NCBI GenBank assembly: GCA_044344255.1
Contig: JBIJDH010000010.1
Coordinates: 32,001-96,000, forward strand
Source: Myxococcota bacterium
Lineage (GTDB): Bacteria; Myxococcota_A; UBA796; UBA2385
Direction: 5' to 3'
DNA: 64,000 nucleotides
The notes below the pieces were generated by a model, which saw only the letters and a list, made by a program, of their open reading frames with translations, searched no databases and was not told where the DNA came from. Position numbers and translations under genes: made by a program. Position 1 is the first letter of the stretch. Each line of letters opens with the position of its first letter. Below are positions 57,759 to 64,000 of this stretch, piece after piece.

Positions 57759-58358
57759 TCAATCCAGCAGCTCCACGTCCACCGAGCCTTCCACCTCGTC
57801 CGGCCTCTGGCAGCAGCCGCTCGTCGCGCCGTCGACGCCCGCGCGCACGGCCCACTCGACGGTGACGGGGGCGTCGCCGATCGCCTGGAGTTGGTACTCT
57901 ACGACCGCCTCGCAGGAGGAAGCGCCGTCGGCGCAGGTGAGCTCGAGGTCACAGAAGATCCACTCCGGGGCGCCGGTGTCCGAGTCCTCCCTCTCGATCT
58001 CGATCTCGCAGGTGCGGGTTGTGTCGCCCACCACCTGACCGTTCACGCGCACCCCAAGCCCCCCGCCAACGGTTGAGCCGCCTCCCGCCCCGGAGAGACC
58101 GTTGACCCGCAGGCCCACCCACCAGTAGGACACGCCCAGCTCATTCTCCATGGCCGTACGGAAGCGCAGCGAGGCCGGCTCATCCGGACTGAGCACGATC
58201 GTCCCGTCCAGGTCTTGTACCAAGCCCCAATAGGGCAGCTTGAAGGCCATCCCCACCGCTGCGGCGAACACCAGCGCCCACGCTCTGCGCCGACTGTCAC
58301 CGGCCCCCCGTCGCGCCTCCACGCGCGGAGCGGAGCGGTTCGGGTCTCTACGGCTCAA
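57759..58358 (-). CDS. Membrane-anchored hypothetical protein
   Basis: Basic N-terminus, one hydrophobic segment and a Cys-containing beta-rich domain; start uncertain. Confidence 0.55.
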   Translation of the reverse strand: MSRRDPNRSAPRVEARRGAGDSRRRAWALVFAAAVGMAFKLPYWGLVQDLDGTIVLSPDEPASLRFRTAMENELGVSYWWVGLRVNGLSGAGGGSTVGGGLGVRVNGQVVGDTTRTCEIEIEREDSDTGAPEWIFCDLELTCADGASSCEAVVEYQLQAIGDAPVTVEWAVRAGVDGATSGCCQRPDEVEGSVDVELLD

Positions 58359-58418
58359 GGGCTCACCTCTGCATCTGTGGCGTCGGAGCTCAGCTCTCCC
58401 CCACCGTCTATCTGGGGC

Positions 58419-61268
58419 TCAGCCCAATCGCCGCTCCCAGGCCCGCAACAGCGGCTCGAGGTGCCCGCGCAGGGCCTCCTTTACGGAGGGGACCACGGCG
58501 TCGGTGCGCGGGTCGCGGACGGTGCCGCCGACGATGCCATAGGTGCGCGCCAGCTCGAGCTCGGCGGGCTCGGCGAGGCCGGCCTGGAGGTCTGCGCCCA
58601 GGCGGGAGAGGGTGGGGCGGTCGGCGCCGTGGAGGACGTGGCTGAGACCACGAGCCGGGAGGTCGATCCTCAGCCGACAGCGGCGCTGGGCGAGGAGCCG
58701 GCCCCGGACATGCCGGGCGTCCTCCACCTCGGCCCGGTGGGCGCCGGCCCCGCCGCGGGCGGGGAAGACCTCCACCCGCGCCCGCTCGACCTCCCCGTCG
58801 TTCACCCGGCGGCGGTGGAGCCCCCGCTCCATCTCGAGGATGCGCAGCACGCCGGGCCCCTCGACCTCGAGCACCGCCGAGAGGAGCTGGCCGTTCTGCT
58901 CCTCCTCGGCGGCGACCGAGACGCGGAGGCCCTGGCGCGGCAGCCAGGCGGCGTACAGCCCGACGAGCTCGGTCAGCCAGTCGCTGGCCGGGCTGAGCGG
59001 GTCGCCCGAGCTCAAGTACAGCCAGGCCGCGGGGATCGAGAGCCCATCGCCCACCTCGGCGGCGCGGCGGCCGGCGGCGGCGGACTCCTCGATGAGCCGG
59101 GCGAGCTCCTCCAACGGAGGCCAGGCGCCGCGATCGACGAGCGCACCGAGGCGGAGCGCGGGCTCGGCGAGGCGGGCGTCGGTCTGGATGCGGGCGTCGA
59201 GCGAGGCGTACCGCTGGAGCAGGGCCTGGGCGGCCTCGGCGTCATCCCAGAAGGTGGGGGCGTGGCTCTGCTCGATGAGCGCCGCCGCCTGGCTGACCCG
59301 CGCCGCCGCCGCCTCGTGAAGCGGCTCCCAGCGCTGCGCCTGCTCGCGGGCGGCCGCCTGCAGCTCCTCTTGGTCGAGGTGGCGCGGCCGCTCGCCCACC
59401 CGGAGCGTGGCCTTGGGCTCGGCCTGGGGCAGCACCCGCACCTGCACGCGGTCGGCCCGGATGGTGACCTGCAGCCGCGCGCCCGAGCTGCGCTGAGAGC
59501 GCACGATGGCCTCGGCGACGGCGCCCGCGACGTCGCGCTCGATGACCCGCCGGAGGAAGCGGGCCCCGTAGAGGGGGTGGTAGCCGTGGGCCGCCAGCCA
59601 CTCGACCACCTCGGGCTCGAATTCCACCTTGTGACCGCGGTGTCGGATGCCCTCTCGTTGCAGCAGGCCCGCGAGCTCCCGCTGGGCGATGGCCCGGATG
59701 TGGGCGCGGTCGAGCGGGTGGAAGTGGACGATGCGGTCGAAGCGGTTGAGCAGCTCGAAGGCGAAGCTCCGGTGGAGGCGCCGGTCGAGCTCGGCGTCGA
59801 GGGCGGCGAGGTCGGGCACGCCCTGAAAGCCGATGCCCTTCTCTCGAAAGACCTCGGCGCCGGTGTTCGAGGTGGCGATGATGATGAGGCTGCGGGCCGA
59901 GATGGTGTCGCCGGCCCCGTTCGTAAACTGCCCCTCATCGAAGAGCTGCATCAGGGCGTTGTGGACCTTGCTCGTCGCCTTCTCGAACTCGTCGAGCAGC
60001 AGCACGCCGAAGGGGTGGCCGCGCAGCCGCTTGGCCAGGGCGCCCACCTTGTTGTCGGGCGGGTAGCCGTTCGGGTCCCCCATCAGGTTGTTGAGCCCGT
60101 TGTCGTCGGCGAAGTCGGTGAGGTTCACCCGCACCATGCGCTGGCGGTCGCCGAAGAGGTACTCGGCGAGGAGCTGGGCGGTGTGCGTCTTGCCGACGCC
60201 GGTGGGGCCCACGAAGAGGAAGACGCCGAAGGGCCGGTTGCTGTCGGTGAGGCCGGCCTTGATGATGGCCACCATGCGCATCACCGCCTCGACCGACTCG
60301 GCCTGCCCGAGCAGGCGCTCCTCGAGGAAGCGGCCCATGGCGGCGAGATCAAGCGGCTCTTCGGGATCGACCAGCCGCGAGGGCACCCGGGTGGAGGCGC
60401 TGAAGCGGGCCACCACGTCCTTCGGCGTGACCACGAGGGGGGCGGCGTTGGGGGAGGGGTCATCGCGGGCGGGGAGGAGGTCGCGGGTCTGGCTCAGGAG
60501 CTCGAGCACCTTCCGCGGGTAGGGCTTGTCGCCGAGGAAGCGCCCGGTGAGCTCGATGGCGATGTGCTGGGCCTCGGCGTTGACCGCGCGGTGGCTGCGG
60601 CCGGCCTGCGTCTCGCTCCAGCGGGCGACGATGCGCTGCAGCTCGGTGCCCTTGGGCTCGGTGACCGGGATGAGCAGCAGGGTCTCGGCCAGATCGCTCG
60701 AGAAGTCGAGCATCTGCTCGAGGTCTTGCAGCGCCCCCTCGCCGAGGAGGGGGAGGCCCGACTGGACGAGGAAGCGGTAAAGGATGGCCTCCCAGTCCAT
60801 CCGATAGGCGATGTGGACGTCGCGGATGTAGACGATGACGCCAGCGGCGGCGAGGGCGTCGAAGAGTCGGTGGGCGAACTCGCCGGCCTGCTCGCGGTCC
60901 TTGAACTGGGTGGAGATGTTGCGGAGGCTGAGCTGCACCACCCGGCGGTCGCGCAGCACCGCCGCACCCTGCCCGGCGAGGGCCCGCCGCACGACCTCGT
61001 GGATGATCACCGTCTTGCCGATGCCCGCCTTGCCGACGAGCACGGGCGAGCGGGCCGGCGTGATCGAGAGCATCTCCTCGACCTGCCGCACGGTGTCGTC
61101 GACCTCGAAGGCCGGGCTCAGCCGCCCCTCGCGGAGGGCGGCGCTCAGGTCTTGATCGATCCACCGCTCGATGTCGACCGGCTTGTCGTCTCGCGCCCCG
61201 CCCGCCCCGCCCGCCTCGCCCGCTTCGTACTCTTGGAGGTCCTCCTCCTCTTCCCGCCGCTTGCCCAT
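58419..61268 (-). CDS. ClpA/ClpC-type double AAA+ ATPase fused to a degenerate release-factor-2-like (PCRF) module
   Basis: NBD1 GKAGIGKT; NBD2 RP.GVFLFVGPTGVGKT, LLLDEFEKA, TSN, IGF, ELLNR and YGARFLRR. C-terminal FWDD..AQ, DW...L...Y..W..R.G, E.GLHR, RVEVFP and RTY....VRDPRT......LRGHLEP. Confidence 0.85.
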   Translation of the reverse strand: MGKRREEEEDLQEYEAGEAGGAGGARDDKPVDIERWIDQDLSAALREGRLSPAFEVDDTVRQVEEMLSITPARSPVLVGKAGIGKTVIIHEVVRRALAGQGAAVLRDRRVVQLSLRNISTQFKDREQAGEFAHRLFDALAAAGVIVYIRDVHIAYRMDWEAILYRFLVQSGLPLLGEGALQDLEQMLDFSSDLAETLLLIPVTEPKGTELQRIVARWSETQAGRSHRAVNAEAQHIAIELTGRFLGDKPYPRKVLELLSQTRDLLPARDDPSPNAAPLVVTPKDVVARFSASTRVPSRLVDPEEPLDLAAMGRFLEERLLGQAESVEAVMRMVAIIKAGLTDSNRPFGVFLFVGPTGVGKTHTAQLLAEYLFGDRQRMVRVNLTDFADDNGLNNLMGDPNGYPPDNKVGALAKRLRGHPFGVLLLDEFEKATSKVHNALMQLFDEGQFTNGAGDTISARSLIIIATSNTGAEVFREKGIGFQGVPDLAALDAELDRRLHRSFAFELLNRFDRIVHFHPLDRAHIRAIAQRELAGLLQREGIRHRGHKVEFEPEVVEWLAAHGYHPLYGARFLRRVIERDVAGAVAEAIVRSQRSSGARLQVTIRADRVQVRVLPQAEPKATLRVGERPRHLDQEELQAAAREQAQRWEPLHEAAAARVSQAAALIEQSHAPTFWDDAEAAQALLQRYASLDARIQTDARLAEPALRLGALVDRGAWPPLEELARLIEESAAAGRRAAEVGDGLSIPAAWLYLSSGDPLSPASDWLTELVGLYAAWLPRQGLRVSVAAEEEQNGQLLSAVLEVEGPGVLRILEMERGLHRRRVNDGEVERARVEVFPARGGAGAHRAEVEDARHVRGRLLAQRRCRLRIDLPARGLSHVLHGADRPTLSRLGADLQAGLAEPAELELARTYGIVGGTVRDPRTDAVVPSVKEALRGHLEPLLRAWERRLG

Positions 61269-61335
61269 TCGGCCTCCGATCCGAGAGGGTAACCAGCGCG
61301 GGGAGCGGGGGTCGGCCGGGGCCCCCGCGGGAGGC

Positions 61336-63006
61336 TCAGGGGAGCTCGACCACGAGGCGGGCGCGGACGGGGAGGTCGTGGAGCTCGACCGCGGGGCTCC
61401 CGGGGAGCTCCACGCGCAGGAGGTCGATCTGCGCTGCGTCTCCGAGGCCGAAGTGGGCCTCGACGGGGAGGCTGGTCTCGAGGCTGGTGCCCCCGGCGAG
61501 GAGCCAGCGGGTCTGCACGCGGCCCCCCGCCTCCACCTGAACCCGGGCGCCGGCGCCGGTCGAGTTGCCCGGCGGCCCCTCGACCGAGACGGTGATCCAG
61601 GCGCGATCGTCGCAGGCGCCGTGCCACACCCGGGCCGGCGCGCCGCGGGGGGAGGTGACGAGGTCGAGGGCGCCGTCGCCGTCGAGGTCGAGCACGCCGA
61701 GGGCCCGCCCCTCGGAGGGGTCATCGAGGCCGAGCGCGACCCCCGCCGCCTCAAAACGATCGCCGCGGTCGAGCCAGACGGCGTCGGGCTGGCCGGCGGG
61801 GTTCGAGGCCGCCGCTGCCTCCTCCTCCGAGCCTTGCCCGAAGACCATCATGGCGTCGACGTCGCCGTCATTGTCGAGGTCTTCGAGGGCGTTGCCCCAG
61901 CCGGCGACCTGCGCGTCCTCGGGGCTGCGATCGAGCGCCATCGCCCGCCCGGCCTCATACCAGCTCCCGTCTCCGGCGCTCTCGAAGAGGCGGGGATCGC
62001 CCCAGTCGGAGATCAAGGCGTCGGGGAGGCCGTCGTCGTTGAGGTCGGCCCAGGAGACCCCCATGCCGGACATCACCACGTCGAGGCCCGCGAGCGGGGC
62101 GGCGGTGAAGCGCCCGCCCCCGTCGTTCAGGTAGAGCGTGTTCCCGCCGTGAACGGGCGCGATGTGGTTGACGATGTAGAGGTCAGGGTCCTGATCGTGG
62201 TCGACGTCGATGAAGCTCGCCACCTTGGTGTACGCGAGGAGGGCGGCCTCGGGGAGGCGTTCCGAGGCGTCCTCGAAGGAGAAGGCGCCGGTGCGGAGGA
62301 GCAGCAGGTCGCGCGGATCGTGGCCGTCTGTCCCGTCGTTGGCCTGGTAGGCGTCGAGGTCACCGTCTCCGTCCACGTCCACCCAGGCGACCGAGCGGGC
62401 CTTGGTGGCGAGGCTCGGCCAGCCGACGAGGGCGCCGAGGCTGAAGTAGCCCACGCCATCGTTTACGAAGAGGGAGGGCGCGCCCTCCTGATCGAGGGCG
62501 AGGATGTCGACGTCACCGTCTTCGTCGAGGTCGAGCAGCGAGGCGATGCGCGGGGCCACCGGCGGGGCGCCGAGCCGGGCCGCGGTCTCCTCGCGGAAGG
62601 CCAGCGCGCCGGGGCTGCCCATGAGCAACATCGGGCCGTCACCATGCAGGAGCAGCAGGTCGCGGGCCCCGTCACCGTCGAGGTCGGCCACCGAGAGGGA
62701 CTGCCCCGCGTAGACGAGCGTGTCCTGGGCCCGCAGGCCGGCGTCGTCGTCGAGCGGGGTGAAGGCGGGGTCGCCCCCTGTTCGCGGGGCGTCACAGGGG
62801 GCGCTGGGCAGCAGGTGGTAGCCACCTCCGCTCCCGCTCCCGCTCCCGCTGTCGGCGCCCTCGCTGCCCGCCGCCGGCAGCGCGCACTTCGGGCCGGCCT
62901 CGCCCTGGCAGGCGATCGCGGCGACACCGAGCAGGCCCCAGAGCCCGAGGCGGCCAGAGATGCCGACACGGGGTCCAATCGATCGCGAATGGGGGAGAAT
63001 CAGCAA
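61336..63006 (-). CDS. CRTAC1-like FG-GAP repeat lipoprotein with an ASPIC/UnbV domain
   Basis: Lipobox AIAC; repeated DLDGDG..D; SGMGVSWADLNDDG; N..GAGARV.V...AHFGLG. Start uncertain (TTG 63006 assumed). Confidence 0.82.
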   Translation of the reverse strand: MLILPHSRSIGPRVGISGRLGLWGLLGVAAIACQGEAGPKCALPAAGSEGADSGSGSGSGGGYHLLPSAPCDAPRTGGDPAFTPLDDDAGLRAQDTLVYAGQSLSVADLDGDGARDLLLLHGDGPMLLMGSPGALAFREETAARLGAPPVAPRIASLLDLDEDGDVDILALDQEGAPSLFVNDGVGYFSLGALVGWPSLATKARSVAWVDVDGDGDLDAYQANDGTDGHDPRDLLLLRTGAFSFEDASERLPEAALLAYTKVASFIDVDHDQDPDLYIVNHIAPVHGGNTLYLNDGGGRFTAAPLAGLDVVMSGMGVSWADLNDDGLPDALISDWGDPRLFESAGDGSWYEAGRAMALDRSPEDAQVAGWGNALEDLDNDGDVDAMMVFGQGSEEEAAAASNPAGQPDAVWLDRGDRFEAAGVALGLDDPSEGRALGVLDLDGDGALDLVTSPRGAPARVWHGACDDRAWITVSVEGPPGNSTGAGARVQVEAGGRVQTRWLLAGGTSLETSLPVEAHFGLGDAAQIDLLRVELPGSPAVELHDLPVRARLVVELP

Positions 63007-63114
63007 GCTTGACTCGCCTTGACCTAGACAAGGAATGTTGATTGTCAGGTTGTCCAGGACGTCCAGAGAGGCGCCGCGGTCGATGGTATCGCATGGCGTC
63101 GCCGCTGGGGTCCC

Positions 63115-64000
63115 ATGCTTCGTCATCTCACCGCCCTCTGTGTCTCGCTCACCCTTGTGGGCTGCACAGACTCCGCCAGCCCGGGTCACGCCGCTTGGGA
63201 GACGGGCGAGGTGGTGGGCTCGCTCGTGGTGTCGGCCGACGAGACGGCCCTCTATGCCCCCCTCACCGACGACGGGGCCGTGGTCCGCTACGAGATCGCG
63301 TCCAGCGCCGTGGGGCGGCTCGAGCTGCCCGGCGCGCCGACCCGCCTCGCCCGCCACGACGGCCGGCTGCTCGTGAGCCTGAGGGCCGATCGCTCCATCG
63401 CCGCCCTCGAAGAGGTCGACGGCGCCCTGATCGTGGTCGAGCACACCGAGGTCGGGGCCGAGCCGGTGGGCATCGCGGTGCGGGGCGACGGAGAGCGGGT
63501 CTATGTGGCCCTCTCCACCGAGCAGGCGGTGGTGGAGCTCGATCACGAGCTGCGACCCCTCCGGCGCTTCGCGGTCTCGGGCAACCCCGAGTGGGTCACC
63601 CTGCACCCGAGCGGCGAGCGGCTCTACGTCGGCACCGTCACCTCGGGCGCCTCCTCCATTGACCTCGCCCAGGACGAGCCCCTGGCGGAGCCCATCGTAT
63701 TGCCCGAGGTCATGGGCATGGTGAAGCGGGTCACCGGCGACATGGCGGTCAGCCCCGACGGCCGTCGCCTCGCCGTCCCCGCGATCTGGCAGGACGTGAT
63801 GCGGCCCTCCAACCACACCGATGAGGAGGCGGCGCTGATCGACCCCGCGGTCAAGTACGAGGAGATCGGCCTCGGCCTCACCGCCAACAACCCCGCCGTG
63901 GTCCTCTACGACCTCGACGCGCACGGCCTCCCCGCGGAGGAGGGCGTGGCTTTGTATGCGGTCGGCGAGGCCATCACCACAGCCGGCGAGGCGCCGCGGC
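63115..64000 (+). CDS. YVTN/YncE-like beta-propeller lipoprotein (runs off the window)
   Basis: Translated by hand: MLRHLTALCVSLTLVGC lipobox; VGAEPVGIAV..DGERVYVA, HPSGERLYV and VSPDGRRL repeats. Confidence 0.78.
   Translation, partial: MLRHLTALCVSLTLVGCTDSASPGHAAWETGEVVGSLVVSADETALYAPLTDDGAVVRYEIASSAVGRLELPGAPTRLARHDGRLLVSLRADRSIAALEEVDGALIVVEHTEVGAEPVGIAVRGDGERVYVALSTEQAVVELDHELRPLRRFAVSGNPEWVTLHPSGERLYVGTVTSGASSIDLAQDEPLAEPIVLPEVMGMVKRVTGDMAVSPDGRRLAVPAIWQDVMRPSNHTDEEAALIDPAVKYEEIGLGLTANNPAVVLYDLDAHGLPAEEGVALYAVGEAITTAGEAPR

Noticed and set aside
63007..63924. N-terminal ~300 aa of the 862-aa ORF 61336-63924
   Set aside because: Mostly antisense to the real plus-strand beta-propeller gene starting at 63115; the lipoprotein signal lies near 63006-62910.

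Overview
Very GC-rich bacterial chromosomal window with about 47 genes and no rRNA, tRNA, CRISPR array, transposase or integrase that I can recognise. MYXO-CTERM-like sorting tails, an AgmX/PglI-like protein, Cys/Asp-rich metal-binding-motif repeats and FG-GAP/CRTAC1-like lipoproteins suggest Myxococcota (inference). Recognisable housekeeping genes include a TolC/ABC export pair, a Cu(I) P1B ATPase, pncA with a candidate NrtR operator, a MATE transporter, a beta-oxidation pair and an NCS2-like permease. The most interesting items are: (1) a ClpA/C-type AAA+ ATPase with a ClpP-docking IGF loop fused to a release-factor-2-like module lacking the SPF and GGQ motifs (58419-61268); (2) a 7 x 8-bp repeat inside a signal-peptide coding region that currently puts a secreted-protein gene out of frame, suggesting phase variation (57373-57431); (3) an operon of GT4, TMTC-like transferase, polyprenol-P-mannose synthase and an Ig/lectin lipoprotein, a candidate protein O-mannosylation system (15739-20784); (4) a Septu-like ATPase-HNH pair; (5) a 9 x 21-bp array of UUCG hairpins; (6) a GNAT-like/PLP/decarboxylase cluster; and (7) a mosaic of gene fragments at 7.4-8.8 kb. 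All calls rest on motif recognition by eye; no database searches were run.
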